Assembly (NCBI RefSeq): GCF_036971445.1
Contig: NC_091480.1
Location: 31,744,001-31,808,000, forward strand
Length of the DNA stretch: 64,000 bases
Source of the DNA: Narcine bancroftii
Taxonomy: Eukaryota
Direction of reading: 5' to 3'
In this document: in pieces, positions 1 through 11,769 of the stretch
Numbering within the stretch: position 1 is the stretch's first letter
Layout of the letters: each line of letters starts with the position of its first letter
Program-made: the position numbers and the translations under genes
Notes under the pieces: generated by a model
Database searches by the model: none
What the model was told of the DNA's origin: nothing
What the model saw: only the letters and a program-made list of their open reading frames with translations

Positions 1-1335
1 GCGTCACAGGTGGATAGGGTTGTAATGAAGGCATATTGGCCTTCATAAATCAAAGTATTGAGTATAGGAGTTGGGATGTTATGGTAAAGTTGTACAGGTG
101 CCTAACCTTTTATCCAGAATTCCAAAATCTGGCAAACTCCAAAAATCGGCACGTTGCTCATCAAAGATGGAGTTTGGCACCAAATATGACCTGTCGTGTC
201 CCTCGCTCAATTCCTGTTATGTTCCGCTACTTTTATAAGTGCCTCCGAATCGCCTGTACTGATGCCCATCCAGTGTTGTGGTGCTTTCAGTCGCCCTGGT
301 GGTGGCTCAATGGCTGTCGTTGCTACCCATAATCCCCTACACAGCTGAAACCTCTGCCACAGCAGCGTGACTCGGGCGAGTGAGGGGGGGAGAGAGACGG
401 CAGCGCGACGGAAATCAAAATGATTCTGAAATCTGGAAAATTCCCAGGTGCCCAGTCCCAACAATCCCGGATAAAAGGTTAGATACCTGTATAAGACATT
501 GGTGAGGCCAAATTTGGAGCATTGTGTGCAGTTTTTGTCACCTAACTACAGGAAAGATATCAATAAGATGGAAAGAGTGCAGAGAAGATTTCCTAGCTTG
601 TTGCCCAAACTTCAGGAACTGAATTACAAGGAAAGGTTAAACAGGCTATAACTTTATTCCCTGCAACATAGAAAAATGAGGGGCGATTTTTGACAGAGGT
701 ATTTAAAGTTATGAGGGGAATCGACAGGTAGCCTTTTTGCACTGAGGGATGGTGAGATACAAACCAGAGGACATGGGGTAAGAGTGAACGGGGAAAGGTT
801 GAAGGGGAATTTCTTCACTCAGATAGTGGTTGGAGTGTGGAACAAGCTGTCAATTGAAGTGGTGAAAGCAGGTCAATTTTAACAGGTACATGGACGGGAG
901 AGGTATGTAGTGCTATGGACTGGGTTCAAGTCAGTGGGATTAGGCAAAAAAATGGTTCGGCGCAGACTTGAAGGGCTGAAGGAGTTGTTTCTGTGCTGTC
1001 ATGTTCTATGGAGAGGTGAGCAAGCTAGGACTTTATTCCTTAGAGCAGAGGAGGATAAGGAGCGAACTCAGAGGAGCACAAAATCATAAGGAATAATAGA
1101 TCAGATGAGCACAGAGACTTTTGCCCAAGGAATATGTGACCAGAGGACAATAATGTCTGGAAATGGCTGCCAGAGGAGGTCCTATTGCAACATTTAAGAA
1201 AAATTTGGATGAATACATGGATAGGATGAGTGTCAATGGACATGGGCAAATGCAGCCATGTGGGAACTAGTTTAACTGGGTCATTTTGATCGGCATGGAC
1301 AAGTTAGACTGAAAGGCCTGTTTCCACACTGTATA
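1..1335 (+). mobile_element. CR1 LINE 3' fragments (RT C-terminus and 3' tail), interrupted by a MITE at 95-489
   Basis: Joining the MITE flanks restores MVKLYKTLVRPNLE..VQF..PNYRKD, typical of the CR1 ORF2 C-terminus; CR1-like tail near 970-1010 and a second degraded tail to ~1335. Confidence 0.85.
95..489. mobile_element. Tc1/mariner (Tigger-like) non-autonomous element
   Basis: TIRs CAGGTGCCTAACCTTTTATCC ... GGATAAAAGGTTAGATACCTG, with TA on both sides (93-94, 490-491); precise insertion into CR1. Confidence 0.9.
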
Positions 1336-1413
1336 TTGATTTAAATTGAAGATTTACAAATTAAATGTCCAGTTTAAATGTTAACTTTAAACAATATTAT
1401 TGTGTAATACCTA

Positions 1414-2483
1414 CCGTATATTTTGGCGTATAAATCTAGTCATGAAACCCAAAAAAAAACTCATAAAATGGGGGTCGACTTATAAGCTGGATATACTTTT
1501 AAGATCTTAGATTCAGCTCTAAATCCAATCCATGCTGATCCGGTGAATAAGTCGACCCCTGAAAAACCCACAAAAAACCCTGACTGCGACAGATTTTAAT
1601 TGAAAACAACAACACATTTAGAACCCTTCAAAATCACTCTCGCTAACATCGTCTGAGGCAAAGATGGCAGCGAGCACGTCCATACTCTCACTGCTTAAAC
1701 AGTCATCATATGGGTCCCAGTCTGCATCCGATGAGGCAGTTTCAGCTTCGTCGTCAGTGTCCCATAATAAATCATTTTTCTTGCCATCAGTTGTACAAGA
1801 GATACTGCCCTTTTTAAATGATTTTAATCACACTCTCTACTTTCACTTTGCCACATGCCTTGAGCGAGAAGTCACACAGCACATCAAGTGATGCAGAACA
1901 CGTTGCCCTGCCTTTTCTGCACTCGACATCCATGTACTTCCTTCCTCGCACACGTGTTTGAAATGGCTTGTTCAAGCAGACATCAAGAAGTTGCAATATA
2001 AATGTCAAACCACCTGGGATAACCTCCTTGTAACTATTACGTAGCACTAATCTACTTTTAGTGTTCTCAATTAAGTGATTATGAAACACATCCTAGACCA
2101 GCCAACTCTCTTCCTTACATAAACTGCCTGTTCCACACATTGTCCATCCATAGTTTTGCACCATTTTCATCCATCTATCATTTTTCTTGAAAATGTACAA
2201 AACTACCCGCAGGGAATTTCATTTTCAGTTTAATTTTGCATTTGACAATTCCCATGGGTCTTAGCTTTCTCCCATCAGCCACGTACAGTAACACCTCTGT
2301 AAACCTGGCCTGTGCAGTTTTCACACCTTTCCATTCCACTGTTCTATTGCCCATCTCAGGCATTGCAAGCTTTATATACCATAAGCTTTATACGCCAGAT
2401 ATACCATAAAACTCTTAAATTAAATGAGGCTGAAAAAGGGGGTCAACTTATGAGCCGGTCAAACTGTACGCCGAATTATACGG
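1414..2483 (-). mobile_element. pogo-family DNA transposon, internally deleted, degraded DDE transposase
   Basis: TIRs CCGTATATTTTGGCGTA / TACGCCGAATTATACGG with TA TSD; ORF fragments KGVKT...ADGRKLRPM and IPGGLTFILQLLDVCLNKPF (pogo DDE motif QPLDV-NKPF). Confidence 0.9.
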
Positions 2484-2503
2484 TAGATATTGCCTTCACT
2501 TAC

Positions 2504-2604
2504 CCATGATATTGGGCAAATCGACTTGGACACCCTCTGGTACCATTCACAGGGAGATGTATCAACTCCTTTTGCAGTCAGTGTTTTCGTACAACGATGG
2601 AAGT
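2504..2604 (-). CDS. COX6B2: Cytochrome c oxidase subunit 6B, second coding exon
   Basis: ttttgcag|ACTTC...TCATGG|gtaagt; 101 nt; translates (D)[33 protein letters not shown]; phase matches the preceding exon; B1 vs B2 assignment uncertain. Confidence 0.93.
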
Positions 2605-4860
2605 CTGCAAAACAATTACAAATATATTATGATCACAGCTGATGTTATGAAATTATATTCATTTAATGACCTCAATTAAAATAAACTGATGTGTGGAATG
2701 GGCTGCTGCTTCGCATCAATTGTGCACTGCTGGTGTGTCCCACAGCGGAGTGAATAAAACATAGAAATACAAAAAAACAAGAATTTGGATTGAAAGAGGC
2801 AAGATTATGAAGTCTGTCAAACCTCAGAGACTGTGCAATGTCCAAAGCAACCTTGGATCTCTGCTTCCTGCCCTGATCCAATTTTGAAATGCACATTGCA
2901 CAATTCCACGGATACTTTTTTCTGTGGCAAGTCTATCATCAGACACCTTGCGAAGATGCAGGTCAGCTCAATCATCTGCCCGAACTTCCATTATACATCC
3001 TGAAAAACAGAGTCCTTTAACACGTCCCTACAGTCCTTGAATAATAATGAATGTCCCTTGAAATGTTTCAATAATGTTCCCGCCAGCAATATTAGGGCGA
3101 ATTCTAATTAGTCAATTCATTTTTTTTTAATGTAGTCCAATGTAGATTGGAAACTGAAAAACAAAGCCTCAGCTATTTCTTCTCTTGCAAGTTTAGATAC
3201 ATTTTAAGTGGATTTTCTGCTTTATCAACTCACAGAGATGGAAAAATTATTTAAAATGCATTTGCAAACAACATGTGAAGTATTAATTAAGAACCATATT
3301 CATGACTTTTCTTCGGTAACTGTTAGGCTTCTATAGACCATAATCTTGGGCTCAATTGTACTCTTTGCCACACTCATTTTCTTTTAGCATTTCACTCCTG
3401 CATTTTCCATACTTTAAACTTTTTGCAGTATCTAACTCAAATGCATTTCTTGCATGATTCTACTGCAGATGCTTTGATATTCCAGAGGGCTTTAGATTTG
3501 ATCAGGCTTGCTCTGATCACCTCCTCTCTGTCTCCAATGTTTCTCGTGGCTTTGAAACTTTGAGCTTCAAGTTGCTGTTTCCTGAGTACGTTGGTAATTT
3601 ATCTTGTAACTCAGTAAAGGCCTTTTCCATGCTGAACTTGTTCTTTGCCATAAAAATGTTCAATCTAGCTCATTTGCAAATTTTATTGCCAAAATGGTCT
3701 TTTTAAATCTAGCTACCTGGTTTCATTTCCTAAAATTGTCCAGAAATGTTCCCTCTTTAGTTGAATATTGCACACAGTCTAAAGTTCTGAACATAAGGAT
3801 CTTGCGTAATTAATAGTTGATTCAGATAGCTGAAAAATCTATCCATGCCCAATTAGTACTGCACTTTTGAAAAGTTTCCACTCCCATTTCCTCCACTCTG
3901 CCACTTTTATTGAAGGCGGTTGTGCAAGTGTCTTTTGTTCATTTCATCCATTCAATTTGATACACAATTCACAATTTTAGTTCAGTGATTCTCATCCTTT
4001 GTCTTTCTCTATGCTGTAAGTGCTCTGTGATTAGTAAGGGATTGCTTAAGGTGGGATGTGGGTGGAAAGACAAAGGTTGAGAGCCAGTACATTCTTCTTA
4101 AGTGTTTTCTCAGCCCATTGACTATTCCTTGTTCCCTGCTTTACACTGTTAAATAATGCAAATACTTTTCTCTACCTGTTGCCAACATTTGGCTAAATTT
4201 TCATTTCCAAACTCTCCGACACATACTTTTTTTTTGCTAAATCTGCCCAGTAGAAGTTTCTTCATTCCACCCATCTCGACAGATCTTGAATTTTAGCTTG
4301 TAAAACAATCCTCTTCATGTAATACAGTGATACCTCCTGATACTCGAGATCCAAAGCTAACAGCTGCAGATACTCCAGACAGCAATACCACCTGTAAATG
4401 TGAGTTGTCACGATGCCACTTTGATTGGATTGAAGTGTCTTGACGCACCAGTTTTCTGCCAAATATTCTTGATTTTCATTTTTTTAATGTAGCAGAACTA
4501 GAACATTTAATGAAAATTGTGAATTTGCAATCTTAGGGTAAATGAAGAAATGGATGAAAGTTTGGTTTTGAAAATCTGATGAAAATAGATGATGACCATT
4601 AACTTTCATTCCCCCCCCCCCCCCCCCCCACAATCTCACTGAAGCCAAGAGGTTTTATAATACAATGCAATAGCTATGTTTGCTATGTAATAAAACCTTT
4701 TGGAAAAGCTTTACCAATACCACAGTAGTTTATAGCAAGGTAACAAAGTTTAAAATAATTTCGACATCAGCTTTAGGCAAGAAAGAATTAGAGCCCTCCA
4801 CAACAGCTTTTCCCACACACTCCCAAATGAAATCTCAAAATCGTAACTTCAACCCAAACA

Positions 4861-5202
4861 CAGTACAACTCCAATTCTCCAAAATCCTCAATTATCCAAT
4901 TTCTTTTTAAAATTTTGGAGTCGAACTAACTGGGGATGTCGGGTTCCCCGGCAGGAGCGGGAACCTCAGGCTCCCAGCAACAGTGGGGCTTTGGTGGGGA
5001 GCCAGCATTTTTTTTTGATGAGAATTAAATTGTATTTTAAAGCTTAAAAAGCCTTCCCTTGTCTTTGTTTGTTGTTTAAACATTGTTACAAGTGATTTTC
5101 TGTTGCTACTGGGCAGTTTTTAATAAATGACCAGTTCGTGGAAAAAACATTTATCCGACATGGGCCCGGTCCCAACCATTTTGGATAATCGGAGTTATAC
5201 TG
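4861..5202. mobile_element. Tigger-like MITE
   Basis: Imperfect TIRs CAGTACAACTCCAATTCTCCAAAAT / ATTTTGGATAATCGGAGTTATACTG, followed by TA. Confidence 0.75.
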
Positions 5203-5289
5203 TAGCTAATCTAAAACAACCAGTTTGTAATGGAATTAAACTCTCACCATCTCCAACTCTAGCTTGTATTCCAAACAATAGTCTCCTGT

Positions 5290-6075
5290 GGCTTGCATTA
5301 ATGATTGGGAAAATGTCTGGCAGACAGACTGGTAAATGTCATAAACTTTGAAAAGTAAAATAGTTGAACAGACTATCATTTAAAAGGTGAAAGGATGCAG
5401 CATGCTATTGTGTCACAATCTGAGAGTACTTGTGCATGTTGCCAAAAAGTTGGTTTAGAGATACAACAGGTAATCGAGGCAGCAAAATGGATATTGGCCT
5501 TCATCGCGAGGGGTTGAATTTAAAAGCAAGGAGGTTCTGCTGCAGTTGTACAGGGGACTGGTGAGGCTGCACCTGTGTGCAGTTCTGGTCTCGTTACACG
5601 AGGAAAAATATCTTGTCTTTGCATGCAGAGCAGACAAAGTTCACCAAGTTGATTGTGGAAATTAAGCTTATGAGGAAACATTGAGTATCCTAGGACTATA
5701 CTCATTGGAGTTTAGAAGGATGAGGGAGGAAATCTTCGTGACCCACAAAATGAAAGGTGAGGATAGCAGGGAGAATGTTTTCACTAGCATGTATGAGTAG
5801 AATTAGGGGCGTAGCCTCAAGATTCGAGGGAGTAAATTTCAGGCAGAGATAATGAGAATCTGCTTCTCCTAAAGAGTGGTGAATGTGGAATTCTCCATCA
5901 AAAGAAGCAGTTTTGCACTGTTATTTCAAACAGATAGAATTTTTAACAATAAGGGAATTAAAATTACGGAGAACAGGCAGGTAAATGGAGCTGAATCCGT
6001 GGCCAGGTCAACCATGATTTTGTTGAATGGTGGAGCAGGCTCAATGGGCCAGATGGCCGACTCCTACTCATAGGG
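5290..6075 (+). mobile_element. CR1 LINE 3' fragment, degraded
   Basis: LLQLYRGLVRLHL-like remnant, RVVNVW-like motif, CR1-type tail. Confidence 0.8.
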
Positions 6076-6730
6076 TAGTTTGGCCCGACTTGTCAGTGTT
6101 GTCCAAAATGTGCCACTCACACTAGCCCTGTCTGCATTTGGCCTATACCTATAAACTTGGCCTATACCTATAAACCCATCCTAAACTCAAAATATATCAA
6201 CATTCTTTTAAAATACAAAAGTCAATACATGTATATTTTCTTGCCTTTATATTTTTGTTCAATTGGTGGTATTTCCTCACAAACAATTTTCCTGCTGTGC
6301 TGGTGAAGTGAGGGATGGTGGCGGGGTGAAATAAATATGTTTTAACGGGGGGTGGGGGGGGCGAATGCAATTTCAGTGTTTGCCACAGGCACTATATACC
6401 CTAGATACACCACTGATTCAATTAGATCAGCACTCATCTTCCTGCACTCCAAGGACTGCTCAGCCTCTCCCTATAGCTGGGCCCTGACTGCTGGAACATC
6501 TTCAGAAATCTTCTCTGCACCCCTTCCAGCTCGATGGCATCTTTCCTAAGGACGATAACCAAAACTGACCATTATACTCCAAATGGAGCCTCACTAACAT
6601 CTTTCAACCACAACATGATCTCCCAACTTCTAGACTAAGTATTCCGATTGATGAAGGCTAATGTGCTGACAGCCTCTTTGATTTTCCCATCTAACCTGTC
6701 ATACCACTTTCAATGTATTGTGTCCCTGCT

Positions 6731-6950
6731 CTCTTCTTCTTTGGCTTGGCTTCGCGGACGAAGATTTATGGAGGGGGTAAATGTCCACGTCAGCTGCAGG
6801 CTCGTTTGTGGCTGACAAGTCGGATGCGGGACAGGCAGACACGGTTGCAGGGGAAAATTGGTTGGCTGGGGTTGGGTGTTGGGTTTTTCCTCCTTTGCCT
6901 TTTGTCAGTGAGGTGGGCTCTGCGGTCTTCTTCAAAGGAGGTTGCTGCCC
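6731..6950 (-). mobile_element. RTE-clade LINE 3' end inserted in an older minus-strand CR1 fragment (~6400-7110)
   Basis: Near-identical to the 3' ends at 38236-38470 and 42555-42775; (GAA)n-like tail; encodes ATSFEEDRRAHLTDKRQRRK...C-x2-C-x-H. Confidence 0.85.
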
Positions 6951-7275
6951 TTTGCTCTACATCCCTATTATTCTCACATCCAACCCCCATTAGGTGTCCA
7001 AAATGCAACACCTCACATTTTTCTGTATCACCCATCCCTCGGTCCAAGCAGTCAATATTCTGCTGCAACCTTCTCTGTCCACAATACCAGACACCTTAGT
7101 GTCATCACAAACTTCCTCCAGTTTCTGGTGTTCCATGTGAATAGCACAGGATGCCACAAGTCTCGTGTATGACAACATCTTGTAGCAAAATGGCCTGAAG
7201 TAAACTGTCTACCACAGTGTTTATTTAACACCTTTAGTGAAGCCAGTTTCTAGATTCCAACAACATTTTTCTCAC

Positions 7276-7381
7276 CCATGTAATTTTGGAAGCAGTTCCT
7301 GGTTTGATTTTGATTGGGAAATCTAGCATCGAAAGGAGCAGTCTTGTAGTTCTTTAGCTTTTCCTGGATGGTCTCTGCCAT
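7276..7381 (-). CDS. COX6B2: Cytochrome c oxidase subunit 6B, first coding exon (exon spans 7276-7386)
   Basis: ttttggcag|gcactATG...ATGG|gtgaga; 106 coding nt; [35 protein letters not shown], the COX6B signature. Confidence 0.95.
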
Positions 7382-8073
7382 AGTGCCTGCCAAAAGATTT
7401 GAAAAACGACTGCAGGACTTGTTAAAATTTGTTTTTAAATCCAACAAAAGAGCAAATAAATGACATTTGGAGAACAGGAATGAAAACAAAACCTGCATCT
7501 TTATTTAAACAGGGCTTCTCCAGGTGCCTTTACACGTGCCAGTCACACTGCTTAGGGCTCACTTCCCCCTGGAGAGAAAGGTATTTGCACCTTGTGATAA
7601 AAACTATCAGCATTTCACTACCAACAACTGGGTGACCCAGAGAGACCCAGTCATGAACGCATCAAATCGAGTACAGCCAGCATCACTACCTACCAATAGC
7701 CGAAGTGGCAAAAGCCAGACTCTCTCAGACCACCCCGTTTGAAAAGTTGAACGCCTCATGACAGCAAAATAAATAAAACCGCAAAGTAGTTGCTTTTTTT
7801 TCCAAAGTTGGGTCACGTTAAATGTTCCAGATTTTTTTTAAAACAAAATGTGGAGGGTTGATTTCCCTTTGTCTGTGTTGCAGTCTGTTTCGATCCCTTA
7901 TCTGTTTACATGTGCAGTTTAATGTTGCACTCGTGGGGATTCTGCCCCGCCTGCGGGAGAAAGGAACCTCAGGGCAGTACGTGACTCAGCCAATCGAGCC
8001 GGCGGGTGGAAAGTCAGTTCCTCGCCGTTTAAAATCCATCAAAGATCAATTTCATGTAGCTGCTGTCAACTCG

Positions 8074-9017
8074 CCCCCGATGGGCAGCAAAGCCTGGCCC
8101 CCCGATGCTGGCCCCCGACGGGCACCAAAGCCTGGCCCCCGATGCTGGACCCCGACGGGAAGCAAAGCCTGGCCCCCGATGCTGGACCCCGACGGGCAGC
8201 AAAGCCTGCCCCCCCGATGCTGGCCCCCGACGGGCAGCAAAGCCTGGCCCCCCGATGCTGGCCCCCGACGGGCAGCAAAGCCTGGCCCCCCGATGCTGGC
8301 CCCCGACGGGCAGCAAAGCCTGCCCCCCCCCCCGATGCTGGCCCCCGACGGGCAGCAAAGCCTGGCCCCCCCGATGCTGGCCCCCGACGGGCAGCAAAGC
8401 CTGGCCCCCCGATGCTGGCCCCCGACGGGCAGCAAAGCCTGGCCCCCCCCCGATGCTGGCCCCCGACGGGCAGCAAAGCCTGGCCCCCCGATGCTGGCCC
8501 CCGACGGGCAGCAAAGCCTGGCCCCCCGATGCTGGCCCCCGACGGGCAGCAAAGCCTGGCCCCCCGATGCTGGCCCCCGACGGGCAGCAAAGCCTGGCCC
8601 CCGACGGGCAGCAAAGCCTGCCCCCCCGATGCTGGCCCCCGACGGGCAGCAAAGCCTGCCCCCCCCCCCCGATGCTGGCCCCCGACGGGCAGCAAAGCCT
8701 GGCCCCCCGATGCTGGCCCCCGACGGGCAGCAAAGCCTGGCCCCCCCCCCGATGCTGGCCCCCGACGGGCAGCAAAGCCTGGCCCCCCCCCCGATGCTGG
8801 CCCCCGACGGGCAGCAAAGCCTGGCCTCCCGATGCTGGCCCCCGACGGGCAGCAAAGCCTGCCCCCCCCCCCGATGCTGGCCCCCGACGGGCAGCAAAGC
8901 CTGGCCCCCGACGGGCAGCAAAGCCTGGCCCCCCGATGCTGGCCCCCGACGGGCAGCAAAGCCTGCCCCCCCCCCCCCCGATGCTGGCCCCCGACGGGCA
9001 GCAAAGCCTGGCCCGCC
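8074..9017. repeat. C-rich minisatellite, ~38-42 bp unit GATGCTGGCCCCCGACGGGCAGCAAAGCCTG(G)C(n), roughly 24 copies, in COX6B intron 1
   Basis: Tandem units read directly; variation mostly in poly-C length; two shortened units near 8595 and 8901. Confidence 0.97.
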
Positions 9018-9497
9018 GCCCTCCATTGCGCTCAGCACTTCCTACTTTCTGTTTCATGTATCAGTTTCAACCCCCCCCGCGGAACTTCTGGAGCCGCCAC
9101 CTGGGTCACATCTGACCAAATAATATCCCGACAAGGTCGCTTCCCCAGAGCGGTGATTCCGGTGTTTAATCAGCCAAACCGGGGTATCAAATGGCAGGTG
9201 GGGGAACCGGGTCGTTCATCGCCCAATTCTTGAAGCCCAAACTATCAGCGTTATGCAGTAAGGTTCATCTCCGTCTCCTTCCACTCCATTGCCCCACACC
9301 CAAGGGCAAACGAAACTCTCGACACTCACTGTCCCGGGGCCGGCCTGGCTGGGGGCTTTCCGGGGTACAGGTTGGGTCGAGGGGCTTGCGAATTTACCGG
9401 TGCTCCCATTGCCCTTGGTTTGACCCAATATCCCCCCGCTGCGCGAAGCCAGACCCCCCGCCTCACCCCGCCCCACCCCACCCCACCCTCACCCTAC

Positions 9498-9620
9498 CTG
9501 TTGCTTCAGCGCGCTCGCCCGACCTTTCAGAGGAGTTGCGCCGAATGACAGGCGGTTCACGTACAGCACGACGGCAGCTTCACTTCCTCACGGCTGCTGC
9601 CCGACCAACCAGCTCCGTGC
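9498..9620 (-). promoter_or_regulatory. Probable COX6B CpG-island promoter and non-coding exon 1
   Basis: CpG-rich unique island; minus-strand donor CAG|gtaggg at 9498/9497; ETS-type core GAGGAAGTG at 9581-9589; COX6B genes typically have a non-coding first exon. Confidence 0.65.
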
Positions 9621-9669
9621 GCTGACGGCAACAATGCAGAGCGGATGAGGGCAGGGCACACGGCGAGAG

Positions 9670-10990
9670 GTAGACGAGAGGGGATGGGGGGGGTGGACGA
9701 GAGGGGATGGGGGGGGTGGACGAGAGGGGATGGACGAGAGGGGATGGGGGGGTGGACGAGAGGGGATGGGGGGGGTGGACGAGAGGGGATGGACGAGAGG
9801 GGATGGGGGGGTGGACGAGAGGGGATGGGGGGGGTGGACGAGAGGGGATGGGGGGGGTGGACGAGAGGGGATGGGGGGGGTGGACGAGAGGGGATGGGGG
9901 GGTGGACGAGAGGGGATGGGGGGGGTGGACGAGAGGGGATGGGGGGGTGGACGAGAGGGGATGGGGGGGGTGGACGAGAGGGGATGGGGGGTGGACGAGA
10001 GGGGATGGGGGGGTGGACGAGAGGGGATGGGGGGGTGGACGAGAGGGGATGGGGGGGTGGACGAGAGGGGATGGGGGGGTGGACGAGAGGGGATGGGGGT
10101 GGTGGACGAGAGGGGATGGGGGGTGGACGAGAGGGGATGGGTATATGGGGATGGGGTGGACGGTGGGGAGAGGAGAGAGGGGGTGGACGGTGGGGAGAGG
10201 AGAGAGGGGGTGGACGGTGGGGAGAGGGGGTGGGTGGACGGTGGGGAGAGGGGGTGGACGGTGGGGAGAGGGGAGAGGGGGTGGACGGTGGGGAGAGGGG
10301 GTGGACGGTGGGGAGAGGGGGTGGACGGTGGGGAGAGGGGGTGGACGGTGGGGAGAGGGGGTGGACGGAGATGAGGGTGGACGGAGGGGAGGGCTGGACG
10401 GAGGGGAGGGCTGGACGGAGGGGAGGTGAGTGGACGGAGTGGTGTGGAGAGAGTTGAACGGAGGGGAGGGGAGAGGGGTGGATGGAGGGGAGGGTGGTTG
10501 GAACGAGGGAAGGGGAGAGGGGGTGGACGGAGGGGAGAGGAGAGGGGGTGGACGGTGGGGAGAGGAGAGGGGGTGGACGGTGGGGAGAGGAGAGGGGTGG
10601 AATGAGCGGAGAGGGGGTGGAATGAGCGGAGAGGGGGTGGAATGAGCGGAGAGGGGTGGACGGAGGAGTGGACGGAGAGGAAGGGGGTGGACGGAGGGGA
10701 GAGAGGTTGACAAGAGGGAAAGGGGTTGAGCGGAGAGCAGTGGAGGAGAGGGGGTAGGAGAGGGTGTGGACAGAGGGGGTAGGGGGAGGGTGTGGACAGA
10801 GGGGGTAGGGGAGGGTGTGGACAGAGGGGGTAGGGGGAGGGTGTGCGGTGGACTGAGGGGAGGGGTGGACAGTGGTCGGAGCTGGGCAATGTGGGTACTA
10901 GTCGTGTGGGAAATGATGGGCAGGGGAAGGGGAGGGAAGGGAAGGGGTTGACGGACACAGTGAAGGTGGGAGGAGGAGGAGGAGCAACAG
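9670..10990. repeat. G-rich compound minisatellite: GTGGACGAGAGGGGATG(n), then GTGGACGGTGGGGAGAGGGG, then degenerate variants
   Basis: About 20 units at 9670-10140 and about 10 at 10150-10370; triplets at ~10598-10660 and ~10764-10845; almost purine-only plus strand. Confidence 0.96.
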
Positions 10991-11769
10991 CGAGGGAGGG
11001 AGGGGTCCGGGCTGAGGAACCCCCAACTCACCCAGGTCCAACAGCACCCCGAGCACGACTCACCAGTCGCCGGGTGGAACTCGGCGATGCCTGTTCACCA
11101 CCTTACTGGAAGCGCTGTGATCAACTCAAAGTGGCCGCTGGAAAAGCTGCGCCGGCTGCTGTCACCTGTAAACCGAACTGCGCTGGAAGGAGCGGTCACA
11201 GCCCGCGGACTTGCCGACCAGGGCCGGCACTGTCCAGTTTCGCAGCTGGAGAGCCGGGAATGTGCAGCCACGCACAATGTGGTGCAAGGTCCCAGCGGGT
11301 GGATCAGTATCGCCGACTGCAGCTTCCACGCCCAGCGAGTCGTCCACTACATATATCATACCAGCCGGTAGATGAGCCCGAGTGAAACCCACTCACTCCC
11401 CAACCCCTCCTGCAGTTTAAGAATTGGGACTTTGCCATCGATGTCTCCGCTACTCCCACATCAGGTCCCCAACGAACTCTTAGCCTACTTCTGCATCTCG
11501 TTTGGACAATATCCTTCTCAAGCCCACAGCCTCCCACCCTGTACGGAAAATATTCCGACCCATTTTTTCTGATCACACCTTGACGAAGGGGCTGAGGCTC
11601 CGTGATCTGCCGGGTTTCTTCAACTCTGTGTGTGTGTGTAGTACACAAATCACAGCTCTGCAGTCTTTCGTGTTTCACTTCACGTTCCATTACAGCTGTT
11701 CTGGCTCTGAGATTTTATCGGTAGAACAATTACAGACCGTTGCGCCATCCTTGATAAATCAAATCAATG

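Noticed and set aside
3735-3760. KEGTF-like peptide as the COX6B last exon
   Set aside because: Lies between the two coding exons (wrong order) and lacks the W-D/E..FPGKI context; the true last exon is probably left of the window
2650-4460. Possible decayed hAT transposase in a COX6B intron
   Set aside because: No convincing motif or TIR pair could be read
7822-9233. 300-430 aa ORFs in all six frames
   Set aside because: The repeat unit has no stop triplet on either strand, and variable poly-C lengths shuffle frames, so these are not credible proteins
8074-10370. CRISPR-like array interpretation of the tandem repeats
   Set aside because: No unique spacers, no cas genes, eukaryotic intron-exon context
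9580-11031. Pro-rich and Gly-rich 200-480 aa ORFs
   Set aside because: Translations of the G-rich minisatellite
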